DNA of 64,000 nucleotides from Ylistrum balloti (taxonomy: Eukaryota), in contig NW_026782423.1 of the NCBI RefSeq assembly GCF_031769215.1, forward strand, positions 372,001 to 436,000, in the 5' to 3' direction. The notes under the pieces are model-generated. The model worked only from the letters and a program-made list of their open reading frames with translations, was not told the DNA's origin and did no database searches. The first letter of the stretch is position 1, and every line of letters begins with the position of its first letter. Below, one piece after another: positions 39,310 through 52,500 of the stretch. The translations under genes were made by a program, and so were the position numbers.

Positions 39310-40507
39310 AGAGGACAAAGGTAATTTTAAAATACCAGCTTACACCAGCTTATCTTGTGTATACTTATTACCATAGGATCACTGAAACATATTTGTGGAA
39401 AAAAGGAAATGTTTGATCTACATCTTAAACACGACACACTGTAACCTCTTATAAATGTTTGTAATTGTGTATGTACAATCAATACTGGCTTCCCATTTAA
39501 GTAATAGTGAAATTTGTTTGGTCAAAGTATTTCAGCCAACAGCTATTGTAATGTCATTCCAGAAGAGGAATGAGATTTTCGAAGACATATTAAATTGTTG
39601 CGACTGACTACTAATCTATATGATCAATAAAATACGAATCTACCCTTGGTGGTATTAATCTTAGTGTAGTTAGTGCTTTCTATTAGTTATTTACTAACCT
39701 GGACTCAGGGTTCTCTTAAAACAGAGAGATGGACATATCTTTATGAAGGGAACGTGGTAAGTTTGGAAATAAACTTTTTCTTGAAACCAAATTAATAACG
39801 GGATGAATTAAAAAAAACTTAAATGTGAGCAAGTAGGTTCTAATAACGACTTCGGATACGTAAAGGCACGATAATAGTAACTCTGATATAGGAAATGGTA
39901 CCAAGTTAACTAGATACTTAGTTATATTTTTTTCTTTATAGAAATTTGAGATTTAAAGGAATGTTAAAGATGAAGCTATTTAAACTGCTTACCAAAACGG
40001 ATAATAATGTCATACATACTATGTTTTTGTCTTTGCTTGATTTGTAAATATGGTATTGTAATACTTTATGTCATAAATGGATCGATAGTTTTTCAAATAT
40101 AAGGAATATCTGAAGCAAACTAGGTATTTAAAAAAGGATATTGTATCTTATGAAGACAATTAGATTCAACGATACGTTTGTATAATCGTTTGATTTAACA
40201 TAGTTTTTTTTTTTTAAATTTAAATTGCCAGAAAGTTTGTGAAAAATTACATTGTATCTATTTATTTATTTGAACTTACTTTCTCTTATGTTCACGGTAA
40301 AAGATAAGTGTTTGTAAGATCAGATAAAATATGCTCTTTTAAAAGGATATTAAAATTTTATCATGTCCATTTTTTCAGAACTCGTTTTTTATTCCATAGT
40401 CTAAATCTTATGATAATTATGCACTAAATTTGAATTTCTAGTCACCCGATAAGGAAATGCTACCTGTTTTCGTCGAAGGAGAGTCAGTTGAAAAGTCTTG
40501 GACTGTA

Positions 40508-43500
40508 ATGCACTTTGGTGCTCTACTGTTTCTGGCTTCTATAACCTTATCATGTGGTGAGTTATAGATTAAGTAAATATAAGGATCAAATACCGAGCAT
40601 TAATTTCAAAGATAAATGAAATTAAAAAGACATTTTAGTGTCTTTAGGTATGAACTGTCTTATCAATGTCAAAGTCATAAACGGTGAAGTTTAACTCAGT
40701 GATTATGTATTGTACGGAAAGCTTTGAGACAGTAAGATGAAATATATTTGATGGTTAGAATGATTTTTACGTGAACATTTTCATACCATCACCGTTTTAT
40801 GTGATATCTGTCTTTGTCTAGTTTGATCAATTACAGGGTGGATTTCAAAACTGTTCAAATCACGTTGTTGATTAAAAGGTTCCATAACCTAATGCTTGAA
40901 TAAATTATTTAAAAGTTAAATACATGATTTTTGAGTTACCGAATTCCGAACGGAATTAGTCGTTTTCGCAAAGTTCTAGCTTTAATCATGCATTTAGTAC
41001 GGCATGAAATCATTTCATTTAACGAAAACCAACTCCAGAAAACTATTGCTAATTTTGCAAATGCATTAGGACCGCATGCATTTATATCGACGAACGATTT
41101 TTGACGAGACCTTTGGGAGCCCGTTCTGTTGGCATGGACGCTGAATATATCTTTTATCGGACGTTACGGTCATAAAGCATGTGCCGACGAACCTACCAAC
41201 ACAATTAGATATTAATCTTACCTACACAATTAGATATTAATCTTAATGTTTTCCGTTCCATATTTCTTATCTGATTCTATATATAGACACATGAAAACAC
41301 GTATTTGCTATCGAACGTGCCTTGATTTTTTCTTCAATTAATAAGGAAGCAGTCGATGCTGATATATCCAGTTTCTTTTAAAATCGAAAATTTACAAGAT
41401 TGTTTTTCCCGTGATAGATATTTATGTATCAAATTTCGTTAGGCTTCGAATTAAAATACAACAGTGGATACATGCTTATCAACATGGGCTACTGTTTTAT
41501 CATGTGGAAAAATAAAGCAACATTTAATGATAAATGAAAAGAAATCATTAAATTGCACCGAACCCAAGCGCCTGTGATAGTTTTTAAAAGCTAAAATGGT
41601 CTGCATATACATATCTTATGTCCATTTTCAAGTTATGATAAGGATATTTATACACGTGCGATTTTAGGGTATTAATTAAAGATTGTTAGTGTAATTTAAT
41701 AGTTTCAAACTATGTTATTGACATGTGAACGATGTATAACAAAGAACATAGACATCAAACAGAAACTATTTAAGTCCTTTTCTACACATAACGTTATAGT
41801 AGTACAAGACAAAAAATTAAACATACACTTTAGTCATTAGATGATAATAATATTGCAATGTAATACAAGGGTATAACTTCCTTTCTACCTGTATTTTGAT
41901 ATTGTGTAATAAGAAATATGAACTGCCTAAAAGCGAGCGCAAATTGGTGAACAAGATGCACATTTTGAACTGCCTAATACATGTCTGCACTGAAGCATGT
42001 TTTAAAGATTTCTTTTATATTTTGCAAGATTTTAACCAAACGTCGGCACATCCACACGTACCGATGTATTATTATCATCATCATCATCATCTAAAAAAAC
42101 AGCACCAGCATGATCAGGCTTCGATTTCAGGGTTCGATTCCTGAATAGAAATGGGTTTCCTCCCACAGTAAGACCCCTCGCATGCGTTCAACAAGAGTGA
42201 TTTTTAGGAGTTGAAATAAGTTTCCATATGTAAATAATTCATGCACATACAATCATACAACATGAAGACATACAATGAAGAATAAAACAAATGACGACAA
42301 GATAACGCAAAGCTTGACATTACCTACGCGCCCGCTTACCCCCGCGCCCCGCTGTATAAAAGAATGACGAACAATCATATGTATATGTTAATATTACAAC
42401 AAGTTTAATTTCTATTTGTTATCTTTCATTGTAATTTGGCCAAGTATTAAAATGGTGTATTTTCCCATATCAAAAGATACTACTAGCTTAATAAGAGTAA
42501 AAAGTTTTAAGCTTTGCTCTAGAATGGTTTCAGAGCATTGTGTCAAAAACCTGAAATTTGTGATGAGGATTATCTGTCTCCATGGTAACAGAAAATGTAT
42601 GAATAAAGTCTTTGACGACATATCTACATTATAAAAATTGATCACAAAATTTTCAAAACAAATGTGAAAGAGTTTCCTTTACAAAGTTTGTAGATTGCAG
42701 AGAGTACTACCTATCACCTTATATATATATATATATATATATATAACAATAAATGGGAAATAACACTTCACTTTTGTCAGGTCACGTGCAAGTTGAACCT
42801 GATGGCCGAGTTCTCATCACTAGCAACTCTTTGTCCATTTTCGGCACAATTTGTGGAGATGGATGGAGCGACGAGTCAGCAAGCGTGGTTTGTCGTAATG
42901 CGGGTTTGTCCAATACAGGTACAGCTATCATGTTACCGCCTTCCTCTGTCTATAGGACGATGTCTGTGTTGCATTTAGCTTGCACAGGAAAAGAGGCAGA
43001 CTGTAATCAGTGCCACAAGGAGGATTTCATTATCGGTATCTCGGTATGTCCCTCCAACATGGAAGCTGGCGTGGACTGTTTCGGTGGCATGGTGACACCG
43101 TCACCGACACCTGGTAATTTGGCTTCCTCTACAAAGATGCCTATTACAAGTTAGTAAACTATTCATTCTTTTATCTATATTAATATAGTGAATAATTCTT
43201 ACTTGCTTAATGTCCTTACGCTATCAACACTTTAAAGATCTGCTCACATACAAAGTGCAGAATAATATTGTTTCCTGATGAGAAGTAACGGGCTACTTAA
43301 TCAGCGACTGAACGGTAATGTGATGTATTCGGTTATTCAAGTATATATTGATGAAGTCTCCGTAATATATTACATGCATATATCTTTTTTATACCTTTCC
43401 AACAATTCCAAACAATGTGTATGGTTATCGTGCGTAACGGAACGGAAAATGCTAAGATTTCATAATATCTGATTGTTACCTGAGCCTATACAAGTGAGTG

Positions 43501-46500
43501 TAAATTTCAAGTGTTTGAAACCGATCTTTGACACTGACGATGCAAATCTAATTCTTGTTCGTATATACTGGCTATGTGACCATGTAAATTTCAATACTAA
43601 AAGTACTCATTAATGCATTTTCTTTACCATGGTTTAATTATCGTCGATGATTTAGAGAAAATGATGGCATCCGTTTGATCGATTCTAAAAATTCGAGATA
43701 TGTAAGGCGAAATCATTTAGAAACAAGCAGATTGTTGATAAAACATGATAGATATTTTCATTTAACTGAAATATTGAATAATCGTAGATTTTTGCATCTT
43801 GACGATGCTGTTTTCAATTGGTTTTGTAATTGGAATATCTAATATATCATTATATCATTAACCTGTTAATAAATATATGCAACGATAACTGGGAAATAAC
43901 ACTTGACTATTTTCAGGTCACGTGCAAGTTGAACCTGATGGCCGAGTTCTCATCACTGGCAACTCTTTGTCCATTTTCGGCACAATTTGTGGAGATGGAT
44001 GGAGCGACGAGTCAGCAAGCGTGGTTTGTCGTAATGCGGGTTTGTCCAATACAGGTACAGCTATCATGTTACCGCCTTCCTCTGTCTATAGGACGATGTC
44101 TGTGTTGCATTTAGCTTGCACAGGAAAAGAGGCAGACTGTAATCAGTGCCACAAGGAGGATTTCATTATCGGTATCTCGGTATGTCCCTCCAACATGGAA
44201 GCTGGCGTGGACTGTTTCGGTGGCATGCTGACACCGTCACCGACACCTGGTAATTTGGCTCCTCTACAAAGATGCCTATTACAAGTTAGTAAACTATTCA
44301 TTCTTTTATCTATATTAATATAGTGAATAATTCTTACTTGCTTAATGTCCTTACGCTATCAACACTTTAAAGATCTGCTCACATACAAAGTGCAGAATAA
44401 TATTGTTTCCTGATGAGAAGTAACGGGCTACTTAATCAGCGACTGAACGGTAATGTGATGTATTCGGTTATTCAAGTATATATTGATGAAGTCTCCGTAA
44501 TATATTACATGCATATATCTTTTTTATACCTTTCCAACAATTCCAAACAATGTGTATGGTTATCGTGCGTAACGGAACGGAAAATGCTAAGATTTCATAA
44601 TATCTGATTGTTACCTGAGCCTATACAAGTGAGTGTAAATTTCAAGTGTCTGAAACCGATCTTTGACACTGACGATGCAAATCTAATTCTTGTTCGTATA
44701 TACTGGCTATGTGACCATGTAAATTTCAATACTAAAAGTACTCATTAATGCATTTTCTTTACCATGGTTTAATTATCGTCGATGATTTAGAGAAAATGAT
44801 GGCATCCGTTTGATCGATTCTAAAAATTCGAGATATGTAAGGCGAAATCATTTAGAAACAAGCAGATTGTTGATAAAACATGATAGATATTTTCATTTAA
44901 CTGAAATATTGAATAATCGTAGATTTTTGCATCTTGACGATGCTGTTTTCAATTGGTTTTGTAATTGGAATATCTAATATATCATTATATCATTAACCTG
45001 TTAATAAATATATGCAACGATAACTGGGAAATAACACTTGACTATTTTCAGGTCACGTGCAAGTTGAACCTGATGGCCGAGTTCTCATCACTGGCAACTC
45101 TTTGTCCATTTTCGGCACAATTTGTGGAGATGGATGGAGCGACGAGTCAGCAAGCGTGGTTTGTCGTAATGCGGGTTTGTCCAATACAGGTACAGCTATC
45201 ATGTTACCGCCTTCCTCTGTCTATAGGACGATGTCTGTGTTGCATTTAGCTTGCACAGGAAAAGAGGCAGACTGTAATCAGTGCCACAAGGAGGATTTCA
45301 TTATCGGTATCTCGGTATGTCCCTCCAACATGGAAGCTGGCGTGGACTGTTTCGGTGGCATGGTGACACCGTCACCGACACCTGGTAATTTGGCTTCCTC
45401 TACAAAGATGCCTATTACAAGTTAGTAAACTATTCATTCTTTTATCTATATTAATATAGTGAATAATTCTTACTTGCTTAATGTCCTTACGCTATCAACA
45501 CTTTAAAGATCTGCTCACATACAAAGTGCAGAATAATATTGTTTCCTGATGAGAAGTAACCGGCTACTTAATCAGCGACTGAACGGTAATGTGATGTATT
45601 CGGTTATTCAAGTATATATTGATGAAGTCTCCGTAATATATTACATGCATATATCTTTTTTTATACCTTTCCAACAATTCCAAACAATGTGTATGGTTAT
45701 CGTGCGTAACGGAACGGAAAATGCTAAGATTTCATAATATCTGATTGTTACCTGAGCCTATACAAGTGAGTGTAAATTTCAAGTGTCTGAAACCGATCTT
45801 TGACACTGACGATGCAAATCTAATTCTTGTTCGTATATACTGGCTATGTGACCATGTAAATTTCAATACTAAAAGTACTCATTAATGCATTTTCTTTACC
45901 ATGGTTTAATTATCGTCGATGATTTAGAGAAAATGATGGCATCCGTTTGATCGATTCTAAAAATTCGAGATATGTAAGGCGAAATCATTTAGAAACAAGC
46001 AGATTGTTGATAAAACATGATAGATATTTTCATTTAACTGAAATATTGAATAATCGTAGATTTTTGCATCTTGACGATGCTGTTTTCAATTGGTTTTGTA
46101 ATTGGAATATCTAATATATCATTATATCATTAACCTGTTAATAAATATATGCAACGATAACTGGGAAATAACACTTGACTATTTTCAGGTCACGTGCAAG
46201 TTGAACCTGATGGCCGAGTTCTCATCACTGGCAACTCTTTGTCCATTTTCGGCACAATTTGTGGAGATGGATGGAGCGACGAGTCAGCAAGCGTGGTTTG
46301 TCGTAATGCGGGTTTGTCCAATACAGGTACAGCTATCATGTTACCGCCTTCCTCTGTCTATAGGACGATGTCTGTGTTGCATTTAGCTTGCACAGGAAAA
46401 GAGGCAGACTGTAATCAGTGCCACAAGGAGGATTTCATTATCGGTATCTCGGTATGTCCCTCCAACATGGAAGCTGGCGTGGACTGTTTCGGTGGCATGG

Positions 46501-49500
46501 TGACACCGTCACCGACACCTGGTAATTTGGCTTCCTCTACAAAGATGCCTATTACAAGTTAGTAAACTATTCATTCTTTTATCTATATTAATATAGTGAA
46601 TAATTCTTACTTGCTTAATGTCCTTACGCTATCAACACTTTAAAGATCTGCTCACATACAAAGTGCAGAATAATATTGTTTCCTGATGAGAAGTAACGGG
46701 CTACTTAATCAGCGACTGAACGGTAATGTGATGTATTCGGTTATTCAAGTATATATTGATGAAGTCTCCGTAATATATTACATGCATATATCTTTTTTTA
46801 TACCTTTCCAACAATTCCAAACAATGTGTATGGTTATCGTGCGTAACGGAACGGAAAATGCTAAGATTTCATAATATCTGATTGTTACCTGAGCCTATAC
46901 AAGTGAGTGTAAATTTCAAGTGTCTGAAACCGATCTTTGACACTGACGATGCAAATCTAATTCTTGTTCGTATATACTGGCTATGTGACCATGTAAATTT
47001 CAATACTAAAAGTACTCATTAATGCATTTTCTTTACCATGGTTTAATTATCGTCGATGATTTAGAGAAAATGATGGCATCCGTTTGATCGATTCTAAAAA
47101 TTCGAGATATGTAAGGCGAAATCATTTAGAAACAAGCAGATTGTTGATAAAACATGATAGATATTTTCATTTAACTGAAATATTGAATAATCGTAGATTT
47201 TTGCATCTTGACGATGCTGTTTTCAATTGGTTTTGTAATTGGAATATCTAATATATCATTATATCATTAACCTGTTAATAAATATATGCAACGATAACTG
47301 GGAAATAACACTTGACTATTTTCAGGTCACGTGCAAGTTGAACCTGATGGCCGAGTTCTCATCACTGGCAACTCTTTGTCCATTTTCGGCACAATTTGTG
47401 GAGATGGATGGAGCGACGAGTCAGCAAGCGTGGTTTGTCGTAATGCGGGTTTGTCCAATACAGGTACAGCTATCATGTTACCGCCTTCCTCTGTCTATAG
47501 GACGATGTCTGTGTTGCATTTAGCTTGCACAGGAAAAGAGGCAGACTGTAATCAGTGCCACAAGGAGGATTTCATTATCGGTATCTCGGTATGTCCCTCC
47601 AACATGGAAGCTGGCGTGGACTGTTTCGGTGGCATGGTGACACCGTCACCGACACCTGGTAATTTGGCTTCCTCTACAAAGATGCCTATTACAAGTTAGT
47701 AAACTATTCATTCTTTTATCTATATTAATATAGTGAATAATTCTTACTTGCTTAATGTCCTTACGCTATCAACACTTTAAAGATCTGCTCACATACAAAG
47801 TGCAGAATAATATTGTTTCCTGATGAGAAGTAACGGGCTACTTAATCAGCGACTGAACGGTAATGTGATGTATTCGGTTATTCAAGTATATATTGATGAA
47901 GTCTCCGTAATATATTACATGCATATATCTTTTTTTATACCTTTCCAACAATTCCAAACAATGTGTATGGTTATCGTGCGTAACGGAACGGAAAATGCTA
48001 AGATTTCATAATATCTGATTGTTACCTGAGCCTATACAAGTGAGTGTAAATTTCAAGTGTCTGAAACCGATCTTTGACACTGACGATGCAAATCTAATTC
48101 TTGTTCGTATATACTGGCTATGTGACCATGTAAATTTCAATACTAAAAGTACTCATTAATGCATTTTCTTTACCATGGTTTAATTATCGTCGATGATTTA
48201 GAGAAAATGATGGCATCCGTTTGATCGATTCTAAAAATTCGAGATATGTAAGGCGAAATCATTTAGAAACAAGCAGATTGTTGATAAAACATGATAGATA
48301 TTTTCATTTAACTGAAATATTGAATAATCGTAGATTTTTGCATCTTGACGATGCTGTTTTCAATTGGTTTTGTAATTGGAATATCTAATATATCATTATA
48401 TCATTAACCTGTTAATAAATATATGCAACGATAACTGGGAAATAACACTTGACTATTTTCAGGTCACGTGCAAGTTGAACCTGATGGCCGAGTTCTCATC
48501 ACTGGCAACTCTTTGTCCATTTTCGGCACAATTTGTGGAGATGGATGGAGCGACGAGTCAGCAAGCGTGGTTTGTCGTAATGCGGGTTTGTCCAATACAG
48601 GTACAGCTATCATGTTACCGCCTTCCTCTGTCTATAGGACGATGTCTGTGTTGCATTTAGCTTGCACAGGAAAAGAGGCAGACTGTAATCAGTGCCACAA
48701 GGAGGATTTCATTATCGGTATCTCGGTATGTCCCTCCAACATGGAAGCTGGCGTGGACTGTTTCGGTGGCATGGTGACACCGTCACCGACACCTGGTAAT
48801 TTGGCTTCCTCTACAAAGATGCCTATTACAAGTTAGTAAACTATTCATTCTTTTATCTATATTAATATAGTGAATAATTCTTACTTGCTTAATGTCCTTA
48901 CGCTATCAACACTTTAAAGATCTGCTCACATACAAAGTGCAGAATAATATTGTTTCCTGATGAGAAGTAACCGGCTACTTAATCAGCGACTGAACGGTAA
49001 TGTGATGTATTCGGTTATTCAAGTATATATTGATGAAGTCTCCGTAATATATTACATGCATATATCTTTTTTATACCTTTCCAACAATTCCAAACAATGT
49101 GTATGGTTATCGTGCGTAACGGAACGGAAAATGCTAAGATTTCATAATATCTGATTGTTACCTGAGCCTATACAAGTGAGTGTAAATTTCAAGTGTCTGA
49201 AACCGATCTTTGACACTGACGATGCAAATCTAATTCTTGTTCGTATATACTGGCTATGTGACCATGTAAATTTCAATACTAAAAGTACTCATTAATGCAT
49301 TTTCTTTACCATGGTTTAATTATCGTCGATGATTTAGAGAAAATGATGGCATCCGTTTGATCGATTCTAAAAATTCGAGATATGTAAGGCGAAATCATTT
49401 AGAAACAAGCAGATTGTTGATAAAACATGATAGATATTTTCATTTAACTGAAATATTGAATAATCGTAGATTTTTGCATCTTGACGATGCTGTTTTCAAT

Positions 49501-52500
49501 TGGTTTTGTAATTGGAATATCTAATATATCATTATATCATTAACCTGTTAATAAATATATGCAACGATAACTGGGAAATAACACTTGACTATTTTCAGGT
49601 CACGTGCAAGTTGAACCTGATGGCCGAGTTCTCATCACTGGCAACTCTTTGTCCATTTTCGGCACAATTTGTGGAGATGGATGGAGCGACGAGTCAGCAA
49701 GCGTGGTTTGTCGTAATGCGGGTTTGTCCAATACAGGTACAGCTATCATGTTACCGCCTTCCTCTGTCTATAGGACGATGTCTGTGTTGCATTTAGCTTG
49801 CACAGGAAAAGAGGCAGACTGTAATCAGTGCCACAAGGAGGATTTCATTATCGGTATCTCGGTATGTCCCTCCAACATGGAAGCTGGCGTGGACTGTTTC
49901 GGTGGCATGCTGACACCGTCACCGACACCTGGTAATTTGGCTTCCTCTACAAAGATGCCTATTACAAGTTAGTAAACTATTCATTCTTTTATCTATATTA
50001 ATATAGTGAATAATTCTTACTTGCTTAATGTCCTTACGCTATCAACACTTTAAAGATCTGCTCACATACAAAGTGCAGAATAATATTGTTTCCTGATGAG
50101 AAGTAACGGGCTACTTAATCAGCGACTGAACGGTAATGTGATGTATTCGGTTATTCAAGTATATATTGATGAAGTCTCCGTAATATATTACATGCATATA
50201 TCTTTTTTATACCTTTCCAACAATTCCAAACAATGTGTATGGTTATCGTGCGTAACGGAACGGAAAATGCTAAGATTTCATAATATCTGATTGTTACCTG
50301 AGCCTATACAAGTGAGTGTAAATTTCAAGTGTTTGAAACCGATCTTTGACACTGACGATGCAAATCTAATTCTTGTTCGTATATACTGGCTATGTGACCA
50401 TGTAAATTTCAATACTAAAAGTACTCATTAATGCATTTTCTTTACCATGGTTTAATTATCGTCGATGATTTAGAGAAAATGATGGCATCCGTTTGATCGA
50501 TTCTAAAAATTCGAGATATGTAAGGCGAAATCATTTAGAAACAAGCAGATTGTTGATAAAACATGATAGATATTTTCATTTAACTGAAATATTGAATAAT
50601 CGTAGATTTTTGCATCTTGACGATGCTGTTTTCAATTGGTTTTGTAATTGGAATATCTAATATATCATTATATCATTAACCTGTTAATAAATATATGCAA
50701 CGATAACTGGGAAATAACACTTGACTATTTTCAGGTCACGTGCAAGTTGAACCTGATGGCCGAGTTCTCATCACTGGCAACTCTTTGTCCATTTTCGGCA
50801 CAATTTGTGGAGATGGATGGAGCGACGAGTCAGCAAGCGTGGTTTGTCGTAATGCGGGTTTGTCCAATACAGGTACAGCTATCATGTTACCGCCTTCCTC
50901 TGTCTATAGGACGATGTCTGTGTTGCATTTAGCTTGCACAGGAAAAGAGGCAGACTGTAATCAGTGCCACAAGGAGGATTTCATTATCGGTATCTCGATA
51001 TGTCCCTCCAACATGGAAGCTGGCGTGGACTGTTTCGGTGGCATGCTGACACCGTCACCGACACCTGGTAATTTGGCTTCCTCTACAAAGATGCCTATTA
51101 CAAGTTAGTAAACTATTCATTCTTTTATCTATATTAATATAGTGAATAATTCTTACTTGCTTAATGTCCTTACGCTATCAACACTTTAAAGATCTGCTCA
51201 CATACAAAGTGCAGAATAATATTGTTTCCTGATGAGAAGTAACGGGCTACTTAATCAGCGACTGAACGGTAATGTGATGTATTCGGTTATTCAAGTATAT
51301 ATTGATGAAGTCTCCGTAATATATTACATGCATATATCTTTTTTATACCTTTCCAACAATTCCAAACAATGTGTATGGTTATCGTGCGTAACGGAACGGA
51401 AAATGCTAAGATTTCATAATATCTGATTGTTACCTGAGCCTATACAAGTGAGTGTAAATATCAAGTGTTTGAAACCGATCTTTGACACTGACGATGCAAA
51501 TCTAATTCTTGTTCGTATATACTGGCTATGTGACCATGTAAATTTCAATACTAAAAGTACTCATTAATGCATTTTCTTTACCATGGTTTAATTATCGTCG
51601 ATGATTTAGAGAAAATGATGGCATCCGTTTGATCGATTCTAAAAATTCGAGATATGTAAGGCGAAATCATTTAGAAACAAGCAGATTGTTGATAAAACAT
51701 GATAGATATTTTCATTTAACTGAAATATTGAATAATCGTAGATTTTTGCATCTTGACGATGCTGTTTTCAATTGGTTTTGTAATTGGAATATCTAATATA
51801 TCATTATATCATTAACCTGTTAATAAATATATGCAACGATAACTGGGAAATAACACTTGACTATTTTCAGGTCACGTGCAAGTTGAACCTGATGGCCGAG
51901 TTCTCATCACTGGCAACTCTTTGTCCATTTTCGGCACAATTTGTGGAGATGGATGGAGCGACGAGTCAGCAAGCGTGGTTTGTCGTAATGCGGGTTTGTC
52001 CAATACAGGTACAGCTATCATGTTACCGCCTTCCTCTGTCTATAGGACGATGTCTGTGTTGCATTTAGCTTGCACAGGAAAAGAGGCAGACTGTAATCAG
52101 TGCCACAAGGAGGATTTCATTATCGGTATCTCGGTATGTCCCTCCAACATGGAAGCTGGCGTGGACTGTTTCGGTGGCATGCTGACACCGTCACCGACAC
52201 CTGGTAATTTGGCTTCCTCTACAAAGATGCCTATTACAAGTTAGTAAACTATTCATTCTTTTATCTATATTAATATAGTGAATAATTCTTACTTGCTTAA
52301 TGTCCTTACGCTATCAACACTTTAAAGATCTGCTCACATACAAAGTGCAGAATAATATTGTTTCCTGATGAGAAGTAACGGGCTACTTAATCAGCGACTG
52401 AACGGTAATGTGATGTATTCGGTTATTCAAGTATATATTGATGAAGTCTCCGTAATATATTACATGCATATATCTTTTTTATACCTTTCCAACAATTCCA

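Noticed and set aside
41199-41245. ~25-bp two-copy duplication (acacaattagatattaatctta)
   Set aside because: Simple slippage duplication in an intron, with no functional indication.
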